From positions 67,035 through 131,034 of IMG/VR virus record IMGVR_UViG_3300045988_126226: a stretch of DNA of 64,000 nt; one strand, 5' to 3'. Both the position numbers and the translations under genes were made by a program. This stretch comes from a virus. Under the pieces are notes generated by a model. It searched no databases, was not told the DNA's origin, and saw only the letters and a list, made by a program, of their open reading frames with translations. The first letter of the stretch is position 1. Every line of letters starts with the position of its first letter. This document shows positions 47,112-62,000 of this stretch, piece after piece.

Positions 47112-49418
47112 TTAATATACTCTTGATATCGCTTTGGTGGCACTAATAGACATTGAACCATTATAAGTTAATGGAATAGTTATTTTATTAACTAAATATT
47201 CTCCTTCAACGCCACTTCTTTTATCTTCAATATAAATTCTATTATTAGGCTCTAAATAATAAACTGGAATAGTAGAAATTGAAACACTTTCCGTGCAGTA
47301 AGCGGTCGTGTAAAGTAAATCTTCAATCTCATCAACTGCGCTTTTACCCTTAGAGCTAATTTTAAAATAATTATCATATCCAGAAGGAATATTAATCCAA
47401 ATATATCCACTTTCTGTTGGATAATTATTCTAAACGATAGAATCATAATCAGTCTATGTCATAAATAATACATCAGGGGTATCTCTATAACATATAACTT
47501 TTACATTAGTATCATTAATTGCTTTTGTTCTATCTCCAATCAATTGGACTGAATATTTAGCAATATCCGCATTTTCTTCCCCAATAAAATCAAACCAGAA
47601 ATTTAAATTTTCAGGATTATTCTTTACTTCTTCCTTGAAATCTAACTTATCATAATCGTAAATATCTCTCCAGAAAGAGAATAAATCTACATAATAAGTT
47701 TCATAACCAGTTATTCCAGAAGGATAAAGGTCAGGATTAGCGGCCGCCACTTTACTGACAAAATCATCTGCATAATTATATTGATAATAATCTACGGCCA
47801 TACGATATAAAACTTCACGCCAATCGCAATAAATAACTCCCGGTTCATTTTCGCTTTGATACCATTTGTTTTTATAAGTCTTTTGTTCTAATTGCGGATT
47901 CATAGTATCAAAAATATCATTATTATACATTGTAGATTTATACCTATTTATATCATTATCATTCACAGTAATTGTGGTATATTGGATAGGCTTTTGATCT
48001 ATTGCATATCTTAAATGAATAGGAATTTCTGCCCCACTGGCGCTTTCTCTCTATCCCCAAATAGAAAAATCATTTCTTAAATTAGCAATCTATGGAGTAT
48101 TATTAAAAGAAATAACCGTCTATCCATCTCTAAAAGAATAAATTGAAGAAGAAGAATAAATCGCAGGCTCAATATAATTATCCCCATTAGAATTCTTTAC
48201 TATATTATTCCAAGATTGATATTCATAAAATTTCTTTCGCTAAAAAATAAATCTACCATCTATATCATAGTAATACTCGAAACAACTTAACATATTTTTA
48301 ATTTTGTCTAATACATTAGTTATATTTTCACCAACACTTGTAATAAGTTCTCCTGCATAGACTAAATCACAAATACGATAACCAACTGTTTCATTAGTTA
48401 TTCGACTTATAATAGTGTAAATAGTTCCATTATTTACCAACCTTACTTTAGTCGGTTCAGAAGCATTATCTAATAATTTATTGCTACCTAAATTATCGAA
48501 TTTAATACTACTTATATCAGTTATTTTATTATTATTTATATCTAATAAAGTAGGCATTGTCCCTATCGAAGCATTAACTATTCTATTTGTTTGTGCGTCT
48601 TTAAAAAAATACATAGTTTCATCACATTTATTAGCTAATAATTCATAACCATATTGATCTAAATCATTAATAACTATATTACTTTCTTTTTCTTTACCAT
48701 AAACTGTAAGAAGTTTTTTAATAATAGTCTAAATAGGAATTTGAATTAAATTTAAATAACTTTCTCTTAAATAATATTCTTTATTACTAAATTCTTCTTC
48801 ATCTAAAACATAATAAGTAGTTTGTTTATTCTAAGTAGAAATATAATAAACATTATGTTTCTTAGCTTCTTCCTCACTATTGACAATATAGCAATATTTA
48901 CCTTTTATGTAGTTATCTTTGGTTATATTATCTTGTTTATTATAGGTATAAGTAATTACTTCTTCCTATCCAAAATCTATAGAAGCAGGTAAATCTCCTC
49001 CTAAATCTCCATTTAATAAACACATCTTATCTTTGCCTTGAATAGAGATATTATATGAACTAGCACTTTGAGAAGTATTAAAAGACGTAATTAAATAAAT
49101 GCCTTGATTAAACCAAATAATATCTGGATATTTATTATCAATTTTATTTTCTAATCCAATAGCCAAACTAAACTTAGAATTTAAACCCCAAGAATATTGC
49201 TTATATAATTTCTCATTTGTGGCCATAGTAAGAGAACAAGACCGGCGGACCGCAGATGTTCCATCAATATTAATTGATCCACCGGTTATCTTACCCTCTA
49301 TACTTTCTATTGGTAATTCATCAAATGTTAGTAATTCAATACGAGCATAAACTACTTTATGTTTAAATTCATCTAACTTTTTAAGAAAGTCGGTATCATA
49401 TTGTCTTTGAGTCTTCAT
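47112..49418 (-). CDS. Tail protein (about 768 aa; Tal/Dit-like candidate)
   Basis: RBS gaaaggcggtagagga plus ATG 49418. ORFs 48966..49418, 48240..48614 and 47454..47966 are in frame; TAA 47112. Confidence 0.5.
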
Positions 49419-52287
49419 AATCCTCTACCGCCTTTCTTAAAGTATCAATAAATAAAGTATATGTTTCATCAACTGTCTTTTGTAATCCTGCTACTTTATT
49501 ATTATAATTTTTTATACAAGTCTAAATATTATTCTAATTCACATTATAGAATGGATCATCTTTAGTGAAATCAGGATTACTTTTATCTTGTTCTAATTCT
49601 TTAAAATCTTTTAAGGCCTTCTTAGCTCTTAACCAATTTTGCTTTAATTGATAAATTGTGGTTGTAATATAATTCTAACCATTAAAAATTCTATAAGTAG
49701 TTTGATTATCATTTTCAAAAGAATAAACTACTTCTTGACGTTGGACTGATAATTCGCATAAAACACCTGGATCGATTTCAATAGAAGTAATATCAGTTAA
49801 GTCTTTAATCTAATATTCATTCTTCTAATCAATACCAATAATTTGTTTATCATCTTCATTTATTCTAATATTACAAGCCCAATTCTTTTCACTAACTAAT
49901 ACGCCAGAATCATAAATTTCTTTCTTAGTATATCCATCAATATAGTAATCTTGTTCTTCAGTTTGACTTACTAAATAGATATGATAAATTAAGGTAGGAT
50001 CAAAATCTACACGTTTAATTTCTACAGAATGATCTTTTTCTCCTTCTTCTTCACTAATTGCTCCGCCGGGAGTAGTATAAAAATTAACTTTATTACTTGT
50101 ATATAATTTCTATACATCACGCTTAGTAAAACGCAAGAAATAAATCTATGTTACTTTGTATTTAAAATCATCATTATAAAGATTTAAAATATTACCTTCA
50201 GTTCCATAATATTGCTCTAAAGGCAAATCCGCAACTTGAATATCATTAATAGTATCAAACTTACTTGCCTGCTTGCCATAATAAGAATATACAATAGTTC
50301 CTTGCTATAAGCCCACGTCAGATAATTCTACTACTTTAACACTATAGATTGGAGCAACATGATCTATTAAATAAGCTCCTGTAATACCAATAACAATTTC
50401 TTCTCCATCAATGCTGAACTTATCTCCAGGAGCAAAACCTTCAAATCGAATCGTTATCGCAGGAGAATTAGCTAAAATATCTTTGGTCTATAAACTATAA
50501 TGATTTCCGTCATAAAGTAATTCAAACATAGGATAAAAACTTAATGTTTGTAATAAATTATCTAAACAAGTTTGTTTATTTGCTTGTAATTTATTAATTT
50601 CTACCTAAGTCAGATTTTCATCTTTCAAGTTATCAATATAAGTATTTACATCATCAATATAGCCATTAATTTTATACCATCCATCAAAAGATACACTATC
50701 CCATTTAAGAATTTCACTTTCAGGCGGATCTGCATCAATAAATCCATAAGTAGTAAGATTATCAAAACTAACTTTATCAATCTCATAAGCGGTTCCGCTA
50801 AATGTATGAAGCATACGACCTAATTTATCTTCTGGACTTAAACTTACATTTAACAAACGCACAATAAAATTTCCTTCGGTTGGAGACTTAAATAACTTAG
50901 GTTCTCCATCAGTTAAAAATTCTAAAGCTTTAGTTTTAAATTGACGCTCTATATTAATATTATAGTTAGTCAAATCAGTTGATGTAAAATCTTTAATTTC
51001 ATCATCGCCCAATTTATCTATGAACAAATGGTCTTCATCCATAAGATAAGAAATTAAACCACTTACCGGGAATTCGTGATAATAAGTGTTTCCATTCCTA
51101 AAAATATAAGGATATTGGCTTCCAATAGTATCGGTTTTACTTTCAAGAGTATTAATTTTAAAACTACTTACTTTTGGATTAAATCTTATTTTTAATAACT
51201 ATCCATTGTTATATAAGAAGCTATCTTCAAAAATACTATATACACTATTAGAAAAGATTTTATTACTGCGGACCGCAGTTTCGTCGCTATATTGCTGAAC
51301 CGCATATTGATAACTAAACCCATGCTCGACAGTAAAATCTCTATATAATTCTCTTGATGGAGTTTCACCAACTAATTTAAATTTTAATACTGTATTCCAA
51401 GTGTTGAAATCATCTTCGCTACTGGCTCTTAATAAAGCAAAAGCCCCAGTAGCAGGAATTTCCAACCCTGTTTTTTTATCGCGGATTCCATTTAAATTAA
51501 TTTTTACATATCCATTATTTTCATCCATAGTCGCGGAAAGTGTTGCTTGTAATTCTGGATTAATAGTTTCTCTATTAATGATTTGGTATCTAACACTCTC
51601 TGCTTCATAGTTATTAATAGTAGTTATAGAATATTGAATAAAATAATTTTTATTTTTTTGTAATTCTTTATTTAATTCAAAACTATCATAACTTTCATTT
51701 AATTCTGTATCATTGATTGAATTATGTAATTGCTCTCCACTATCAGCAAAAATATTACCATTTTCATCATATACTTTAAATCTATATGAATAAACTTTTT
51801 CAGTAATATCATCATTTTTTTCTTTTTGACTATATACTCCAATAAAATTTGTTTTATTTATTCCTACTAAATTATCTTCAAAACCTTTTATATAAACTGC
51901 GGGCTTAGTTGTGCATTTAGCAATACCAACTGTAGAATAGTATCCGACCACTCCATTAGTATTAATATATGCTAACTAAATTTTATAAGACTATCCTGGA
52001 TTTAATTTATACTGAATAGGTTTTCCATTATTAGTAATTGATTTAAGATTTATATTGAAAGTAATAGACCCTTGTTCTAAACAACCGCGGACTTTGCTTG
52101 GAGTAAAATCCGCGGTTGTTCCCTAAGCAATTACTACATTACTTGATACTGTTTTAATTATATAACACAATCCTGAAACTTCTGCCATACTAACTGCACG
52201 ATTCATTTGAAATGGAATAGTAATTTCCTATCCAACAAATGCCGGTAAAGTTCCAGATATAATAGGTGGATATAATTTATTAACCAT
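49396..52287 (-). CDS. Large tail protein (about 963 aa)
   Basis: RBS aggaggg plus ATG 52287. Frame scanned continuously through ORFs 51199..51951 and 50605..51042 to TGA 49396. Confidence 0.5.
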
Positions 52288-52288
52288 T

Positions 52289-52465
52289 TTATCCCTCCTA
52301 ATTATTTTCGTTATTCTTCTCCTCTTGAAGATCTATTAATCTATTTGTAAAATCTCTTAATTGTTTTAAGCACTCTCCCATAAGAATAGTATCTTCTCCT
52401 TTAGTTGATACTAAAGAAAGAGTATTGTATAAAACTTTTAAAAAATTAATATCTTGTTCTTTCAT
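52289..52465 (-). CDS. Small hypothetical protein (58 aa)
   Basis: RBS aaaggagaaaaaggaaa plus ATG 52465. TAG 52298 is read through to TAA 52289. Confidence 0.35.
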
Positions 52466-52487
52466 TTTCCTTTTTCTCCTTTTTAAT

Positions 52488-55400
52488 TTAACTTTTTGCA
52501 ATTTGTCTAATGTAATCTTCTAAAGTTACAGTTCCAGTTATATATATAGTACTACCATGAAAATTTACAGTGCTACTACCATACAAATATCCTATATTAA
52601 TTTCATTTCCTAAAAGCTCTACGCCATAACCAACTGAAACTGAACCTCCATTAGGACTTACAAATGAAGGACGAGATCCGTATGAAACATATCCAGTGTT
52701 TTTGTCTATGGAAGCTCCAATTTCAAAAAACTAATTTAACATATCAAGAGTATTTGAAATACCATTTATAGCATGTTCTGCATTCTTTTGAGCCTTATCT
52801 ATATCTGCAGTCCACGTAATAGAGTCTTCAGCCAATCGGCTAGCTTCAGAAGCTGCTGTTCCAATTCTATTTAAAATATAATTTAAACTTTGGCTACCAT
52901 AAGTCCATCCACTACCCGTACTACCGGTATAATTAATAATAATGTCATCTTTAAATGTTCCACTATTCACTGTAATGCTATTTGTTGTAATATTTCCTGT
53001 CGCTAAATTAAAATAAGTCCCTGTTGAAGAAGTATAATTTTTTGATTGTAAGTAATAACTATCACTGCCAACATTCATCAAAATTTTATTTTCAATCGGA
53101 TCTTTAATTGTTAAATATGGACTAGATTTGTTTAAAAGAAAAGCACTAATTCCACCGCTCTATCCATCTATTTGACTTTCTTTTAAATCAATTAAAAGGC
53201 CATTACCATTATCATAACCAGCGGATTTTATTTTCCCAGAATCACCTTTAATTTCAATCTAACCATTTCCAGATTTACCAAATGTCGCAGTACCATCATC
53301 TTTTAAAGCATAAACCTATTTACCTTGGTAATATCCATAAACACCAGTATTTTTACTAAGACTACTATCTGATTTATCATCACCAAAAGATCCCATTAAA
53401 ACACCAGTAAATGTATTATTATTTTCTTTTTTACCAGCGGCGATCTAAGCGACACCGATAAAATTATTATCATTATCTATATTTAGCTATCCATCCCATT
53501 TATTTACCATCGCTGATGGATATTTATTCTAAATAACTAAGATAGGTTGGCTCCAAACTACATTACTTTCCTATTTTCCTTGAACCCCATAAACACTTAC
53601 GCCATCAACATAAAAATTCATAGGACTTAATCTATATTCTTTTTTCTTATCATTATATTTAATCTAACCAATAAATTTATCTGTAGATCCAGTAGAATAA
53701 ATACTCCAAGTCGCATTATTATCTACTTCACCATTTTTAAATAATTTATAAGGCTCCTTAGAAAATGTAGGTTCGCCATTACTTAAATAAATTACTTCTG
53801 TTGGACCATTTATATAGGCGTTATCTAAAGTTGTAATAGGAACTGGATAATAAGCAGTTAAATCATAATCTCCCCAACCAGATAGTGTCACCTATAAAAT
53901 AATTAAATTATTTATTATAGAATTTGTAGTATTAACCCTTAACACACAATTCTAATTATTAGTATTCTATAAATCAACATTATTAACCGTTGATCCAGTC
54001 ATAAAACTCCAAGTCCAATTACAATTTTTAAAATCGGTGATTTCTTTACCTTCATTATCATATAACTAAGCTCTAAAAGTATAATTATCTCTTATCCCAC
54101 TTTTTATAGCAGTAAATACTTTATTATTTAAATTCTCATGAGCTATCATGTCAATTACCAAAGTGCAGTCAGTACCATTAGTTCCTGCCTATCCAAAAGT
54201 GAAATCTTTAATCGCGGTATAAACAATACCATCTTTTTCTACTTTAGCGATTACAGTATTATTAGATTTATTACTACTATAAAAAGTATTAATAGTATAA
54301 TTTAAAGAAAATTCTCCAGGAGAAACATTGACGTTTTCATTAGTTAAATCAATAATAATTTCTTTGTAAGTAGCATCAATTCCATCATCTTTAACGCCAA
54401 AATTAAGCATGGTATTCTTAATAGGAATCTGCCAAATTACTCTCTAAGCTTCAACTAATTTACTTTCTCCATTCTAATTTTTACCAATTATACCATTGCT
54501 AATAGCATAAGTTTTAGAATCAAAATGTAAGGTTAGTTTACGACTAATTTTTCCATCTGATCTATTCATCAAATAATTAGCCTAATTATAAATTAAATAA
54601 TTACCATTAGTCTAATCTTCACAGTGAATAGACAAAGCATTTAAACTATCAATAGTCGCATCATTAGGAACTTGTTTTTCATTATTAAAAGTAATTATAT
54701 TACTTCTATAAACTTTTCCATTGTATAAAATAATTACTTTAACCTATTCTTGATTTTTATTAGAGCGCGGTTTTAGCTAATAATAAAAATTATTTTTATT
54801 GTCTTTAATCGCCGTCCAATAGACCCCAGAATACTCATCCGCGGACGGTGCTCCAAATTCATACATATACCAACGAACTTCAAAAGTATCATCTTTTTTA
54901 TGTTCAGTTATTTGAGTTCTATTACCATCTTCATCAAAATGAACCCATTTCAATCTAATAGCTTTAGAATCAATCTAACCTTTATCATCAATTACATAAG
55001 TGCTTCCATCTAATGAATATAGCCTTACATATTCATTTTCTATTTCATCAGCGGAAATACCTAATCCCATATATATATCTTTTACAAAAATATTATTAGG
55101 CGGGACTGACATATTAAAATCATTAGCATAGCTAATTAAATCATTATCACTATCTTTAAAATTATCTTTTTGATATAAAAATATTTTTATATTATATATT
55201 TTAGCTACTGCGCTAGTATCAATAACAATTTCTTGAGAATAATATCCTTCAAAATTATAAGGATTGCCATACATATCATTAGTATCTAAATCAATAGATG
55301 CAATTAAAGGGATCTCTCCATTATTTTTAATACTGTTTTCTATTTTTTTAATATTGTCCACAGTATCATCTTTAATACCATATATATTTAATTTTAATCC

Positions 55401-55937
55401 ATAATTACCGCTCACTATACCGAGCGTTTCAAGCCAGGCGCGAAAATCGGCACGCAGGCCTAACCGCGTAAATCCCTATTGCTCATCAGTAAAGGTAATT
55501 CCGCCACTTGGAGTAATCTCAATTTCCTCTTCACTACCATTGGCTAAAATACTCCAAACTTCTTTATTATTATCTTTAGCAACAAAAAAATTTCCAGTTA
55601 AATCAATAAAAGTGTTAAAAGGATTAACAAAATTATATGGCTTATCTTCATTTTTATCAGTCTTTTTACCAACAATAAATTTAGTGCTATTATAGTCTCC
55701 TTTTGGAATCTATACATACACTTTATCACCTTTGTTATAAGTGGTTATTTGGGAATAAGCATAAAATTCTGCATAAGATTCGTTTTTAACCTTATACTTA
55801 CCAATAAGTTTATCAGTCGCATCAGTAATAGTACATTCAATAGTGCTATCAAATTTAACTTTATCAACACTTGAATTAGCAATAATACTCATTGCTTGAC
55901 ATAAACTTTCTTGAATATTTAGTGCGTTATCAGCCAA
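52488..55937 (-). CDS. Large tail protein directly after the tape measure (evolved Dit-like candidate, about 1149 aa)
   Basis: RBS aggaggg plus TTG 55937. Five ORF fragments are in one frame. All gaps were scanned and hold only TAG; TAA 52488. Confidence 0.5.
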
Positions 55938-56009
55938 AATAATCCCTCCTTTTACTCATTACTCTATAATTTTCTAAAAAATTAATTAGTTTTATTCAAT
56001 ATAATTACC

Positions 56010-56052
56010 CAAAAAGAAAAAGGGTGAAGCCTATAAGACTTCACCCTTAATT
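56010..56052. terminator. Hairpin after the tape measure stop
   Basis: agggtgaag / cttcaccct stem with A-rich and T-rich flanks. Confidence 0.45.
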
Positions 56053-59000
56053 TTATTTTCTATTGGCATACTGAGAAGCTACATTAACTAATGTATTAAA
56101 TGCTTCTTGAATTTCATATCTATCAGTAGCGTTCGGGAAACTAGCTTCAATTCTAACATTCTGTTCTAATGTTCCATCTTGAGAACTAACAGTAAATCCA
56201 GAAGAAGAAAGAGTAGAGATTTGTTGACTATTGAAATCTAATTGTTTTGCGATCTATCTAACTAATTGGATAGAAGCTAACATATTTTCCGTATCATCAG
56301 CATTAAGAACTAATTCTTTCTAATGTAAGAACGCTAATTTTCCGCTATCATTCCAAGTACCAGTATAACCACCGCTTCTAAATCCGACTAAATCTCTCCA
56401 TTCCTAATCAGTAAGCTGAGTAAAACTATACTTGCCGTTAGGAAGTCTACCAGAAATTTTTCCTTCACTTAACAATTTATAATACGCATCAACTCGAGCC
56501 GTAGTATCTTCATTAATACTACCACCATTAGCAATTTTTTCTTCACGGTTTCTTTTATACTGATTATATTGAGCGGAGCCATAAGCTACAGTACCCATCA
56601 TCGCCGCCCAATCAGTATCTCCACCACTAGAACTGCTATTACCAAATCCGCTCTAAGCGCGCAATGTCGCTTGAATGGCGTTCAAAAGCTCTTCATAAGC
56701 TCTAATAGTATCAAGTAATTGCTGACGATGTTGTGCCCAAGCTTCAGTAGCACTACGAACAGAACTTAACTCACTTTCAAGAGCAGGAATAACTCTATTA
56801 GATACTTCTTGATAAAGTTTATTACTTTCATCAGTAACATCTTTAACTTTCTATTGAGTATCTTTTAAATCATCACCAACAATTTTACTAATTTCATCCA
56901 TGCTATCTTGCCATTCTTTAAATGTATCATTGATAATATTAGTGTTTTCAGTAATAGCATCTTTCCAACTATTACTATTATCTTTGATAATATCAAAAGA
57001 ATTTACCCAAGCATCTTGAACGACTCTACTATCCTCCTCTTGAGCTTTCGCATAAAGGTTTCCAGCAGTAGTAATTAAATCAGTATATTGTTGAATTACT
57101 AATGCGCGTTCTTGCTGATATGTGGTCTCGCGGTAAACGGCATCTTCCGCGGCTTTCTAATCAAGTTCCGCAAGTTTGTCAGCCAGCTCTTTCTCATATT
57201 GAAGTTTTTGTTGACCATATTTATTTGTCGCATCAAGACGAATGTTATATAAATCATTTTCCGCGTCTGCTAAAGCCTATTGCGCATCATTTACTTTCTC
57301 TTGGTCTGCGGTATACACATAACCAAAATTACCTTCATTATCGCGTTGTAATCTAACCGTAGACTTTGCGTTTTGAGCTTCTTCTAATGCGATTTGTGCT
57401 TCAAGCACTTTATATTTAGCCTAAGCAATTTCTAATTCTAATTGACTTAATTTATCTTTATCTCTTAACTATTCAATCTCTTTGGTAAATTGCTGGTATC
57501 TATTTTTAGCTGCTTGATTATTTGTCTTATCAATAGCCTAATTAACATTATTAAGTAGTTTATTCATTTCATAAATCTAATTAGTTTTTGTTAAATACTC
57601 ATCTTGATAAGAAGACATTCTATCCAAAGCATCATTTAAAGCATCCCAACCGGAAATATTAAAGTTCTTACCATTAATACTCACTTTAGTAGTGCTTAAT
57701 TGCTTATTCATTTCATCCGCAGCTTGTTCCATCTTTGTGGTAAGAATTTCTTTTAACGCTTCGCCATATTCTTCAGCTTTAGAAAGCATATCTTCTTCCG
57801 CTTCATCGAACGCGGCTAATATAGCATCATAATTCTTTTGAAGCACTTCACGTTCCGCCTCATCGGTCGAATTGGCTAAGGCCGCGGCCGCGGCATCACG
57901 TTCACGCTTCAAGCTTTCATACCATTGTTTAGAAGTATCAAAATTATTTTTCTTAGTCTAAGCAGTTCCATTTAAAACTGATAAAACTTTATCATAATCT
58001 TTATCTTTACCTAACAAAGTAATAATAGAACGATAATGATCCAATACACTAGTCAAATGCTCCATATGATCTGTATATTTAGACAATTCATCATTTGCTA
58101 AATCTATAGTATTACCATAATATTCAAGCATTTCTTTATCTAAATCCTACAAAGCATTTAAATTATCTAATGTATTATCATACACGTCTTGTAAGCCTTC
58201 GATATAATTTTCTTGAGAAATTTCTCCATTAGAATAAGCATTGTTTAATTGACTATAGAAATTCTCATAAGTTCCTAATTGACTAATTACTGGATCAAAT
58301 TGACCTTGTAAATATCCAAGAGCTTCAGCGGCTTTATAGATATTATCACTTAATTTATCAAAATAATATTCTAATTTCTTAGTATCATTTTCATCTAATT
58401 GAACCTTTACTTCAACTTCATAAGTAAGCATTTGATAATTTCTGTCTTGCCACTCGTTTATTTTATCTTGAATATCATCAGTTAATTCTTCGACTAAATC
58501 TCTTGTATCTTCATATTGGCTAATGGCATCTTTTAACTCATCAATTTTCTTTTGAATCGGATCTAAAGTTGCTTCTTTATAAGCATCTTGAGCATCTTTT
58601 GTAGAGAAAGAATTTGCTTTATCCTATGCGGCTACAAGCTAATTATAAAGTTTAGTCATCTAATCAGTATAATTAGAAATATCACCATCTTCATCAAATG
58701 TGAAAGTAATTCCAGCTTTTTTCGCAGCTTGCTATAAAGTAGCTTTATCTGTCTTTAAATAAGCCTAAGCTTCTTTTTGCTTTTGTTTTAATAAATCAAC
58801 TTCTTTTAAAGTTAACTTATTGCTTTTAGCCATCGCATCAAGATGAGCTTTACCCCAAAGCCTATCCGCTGATTTATTAGCTTTATCTAAAGCACGAGTA
58901 GTATCGTTGATGCTATCAGTTATTTCTTTATACCTATCAACAATATCAGATTTTTTAGATTTATCAATTTTAGAAGGCTTAGAAGAAGAAGAGCCACCAC

Positions 59001-62000
59001 TTGATTTACTTCCCCCTGATCCTCCAGAATTGGTAGAAGAATGATTGTTCGAACTGCCAGTAGCTTTTCGCCAGAATCCTCTAATTTTAGGAGGAGTTTT
59101 TCCACCACTAAAAGATACTAAACGCATATCGCCAGGAGATTTTGTAGGCTCCTCAGCTTTTGTTTCTGTTCTTGTTGTAATTGAAGGTAAATTAATAGTA
59201 TGTTTACCCAAGAATCCAAGATCAAAAGTTTTAGGATTGTCAAATTTAGTATCTACCACACGAGTAATAGTTTCAGCATTTGGCATCTCCGCAGAAGTGT
59301 CAATATCTTCTGCATTATAAACTGGTTCATAACCAATTCCCGCAAAATAAGCATTTGCTTCATCTGCAGTCATCTAAGATTCCTTAACTAAGTCGTTAGC
59401 TGCTTCTAAGAAATCAGCGTCATCAACTTTTGCTCCGACCTCAATTGTTGGATCAAGCTTAGAGCAAGCATCTTTAACTTTCTAGTCTAAAGAATTTATC
59501 TAAGCAGTAAATTCTTCATCTTGTCCTAAAGTAATTCTAGCAATAATCTCTTCATCCATTGAACTTCTTAAAGAATCAATGGCTTTTTCATCGCCTTTAG
59601 CCGCTTTAGCAATTTCATCTAAATGGTTAGTAACAAAATCATCTGAAATAAATTCTTCTTCAACATCAAGAACATCAGATAAAGCAGAACGAGTTTTAGC
59701 TAAAGCATTAAAATATTCTTGACTACCCTTAGTGCTATTCTTTAAAATATCATTCCAAGTTTCAAAATTACCTGATAAAGTTTCTACTCCTTTATTCATT
59801 CGAGTAATCTAAACTGCTAAACGAGCAGCTGCGTTAGCGTCCTAAGAAACACTGTCATCAAATTCTGATGAATTTTTAGATACTTCAAGAATATAAGAAG
59901 CATAATCTTTCATAGACTAAACTTCATCATCACTTAATCCCATTTCTTTACCGGCATTAGTAAAGAAATCAGACATACTATTTAATTCTCCGATAGCATT
60001 TAAATCCTTAAGACCATCTTTAAACTCATTAATAGTTACCTATCCACCAGCTAATTGCTATATTAATCTTTGATAAGCTTCGCTTTGTTTATCTATATAT
60101 TTAATACTTTCACTAAAATTCTATAAATCTTCTTCAGAAGTACCATAGGCTCTAACGATTTTATTAAAATATTTAGTGCCTAATTCTGTATCACCAAAAG
60201 ATTCTTGTAAGTTTCTCTAAAAACTATCTAAATAATTTAATTGATTTAAATCTAAATTACTTAAATCTATACCGTTTAAAGATTTCTGCAAAGTATTCTA
60301 TAAAGCTGTAGTAAATTTTTCAGCTACTTCAGGAGAAGAATAAGCTTCTGCTAACTAACTATAAAATTGATCTGCACTAACTTTTAATTCTTCATCATCA
60401 ACTTTCAAAATCATATTACCATTACGCTAAGCAACATAAGATACATCTTCATACCCTTGCTATTTAAGTAACTACATATAATCTTGAATTTCTTGCTCAT
60501 TACCGCTATAATTTATATGTTTATTCCATTTAAAATCTTTCTATAATTTAGACTTCTAATCCGCAACCGTCTAACTATAAATATCTTCTCCATTAAATAA
60601 GTCATTTATTTCATCAACAGTTCTATCACTTCCAAGAGCCGAAAATTCTGCTTCTAATAAGTTATTATATAATAATTTTCCCTATTCTTTTAAAGAAGAA
60701 TTTTTAGTTATCTAATCTTTATTCTCCAAAATAGATTGATAAAATGCTTCAACTGTATCTTCCTCAACATTTTCAATTCCAGCCCCCGTCGCGTCAGCTA
60801 TTGCATTTAATAATTCATTAGCCCCTTCTTTTGTATAAATCATATTCCCAAAACTAGGATTGTCGGTGGCATTTTGAATTATTTCATTTAACTAAGTCTT
60901 AGTAAGATTACTGCCTCCCAATGTTGACGCGACGATTCCTAAGCCACGACTAGTATCTTTAAATGAGCTATAGCTATTTTCAATTTGCTAATTATTTAAA
61001 GCAATCTAATCTTTTATTTTTGTGGCAGTTGCTACTTTAAGATTTTCTTTTTGAGACTCTTCTAAATATTTTCGTCCTTCATCACTAATGTCCATAGCTC
61101 CATTTTCATCGGCGCTAATATATTTAGATAACTCAGGATATTTCTCTAATAATTTAGTAATTTCAGCATTAACATCAGAAATAGCTTTATACCACTCAAT
61201 TGTTCCAGGAACTAAATCACCAATTGTATCTTTATAAGACTATAATTTTTCTAATGCTGAATTAGTTTCATCAATATTGTTATTTAATTTATCAAAAGCT
61301 TCAGAACTTGCTTTTGCATTTTCTTCTAATTTCTTTAATTTTGCTTCTGGAGTGCTTTCCTACATTTTTTTAAACCTAATAGCAATTAAAGCTACGGCTC
61401 CCGCTAAAGCAATAAAAACTCCAACCGCGATAAGTGCTGTCGCAGCAACTAAATTTATACCCATTTTTGCGGCCAATAAAGCTGCTGTCTAAATTAATAA
61501 ACTATTAGCAAATTTAGTAGAAGCCAAAGCCGCCTAAATCTCTGCTAAAGTCATTTTTTTAGTAATAACTACTTTACCTTTTCCTGCCGCAGTATTAGCA
61601 TTTATAGCAATAGTTTCAAGCAATGTCTATGCTGCTGATTTTAATTGAACAGCAGTTTTCTTTAATTCTGCTTGTTTAAATTGATTTACAGCAGAAGTTA
61701 AAGAAACTAAAGCCATACTTAAAGACATAGTAACCGATAATAGTTTGTCTCCAATACTCATATCTTCATCTTGTAAAGTATCAATAGCTCCTTTTAAAGA
61801 CATTAATCCCATTGCTAAAGAAGAAAGAGCTGTAAAACTCTAAGTAATTGATTTACCAAAATCATTTAAAGCACTTTGATATCCGCTAATAGCACTTTTT
61901 ATTTCAATAAACTATTTACGTAATCCTTTATTACCATTTTTTACAATTTCAGTTTTTTCTTTTAATTTTAATAAAGTATTTCCTAAATTTTCTGCAAGAT

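Noticed and set aside
47252-47446. - strand ORF 47252..47446 (MILSFRIIIQQK...)
   Set aside because: It is an off-frame overlap inside tail gene 47112..49418. The in-frame reading there is protein-like, whereas this frame is not.
36390-61492. + strand ORFs in the track (36390..36728, 38235..38699, 42753..42941, 44509..44775, 51401..51610, 57102..57356, 59045..59320, 59200..59391, 61277..61492)
   Set aside because: They are antisense to the long TAG-containing - strand tail genes, have low-complexity composition and lack an RBS. They are shadow ORFs.
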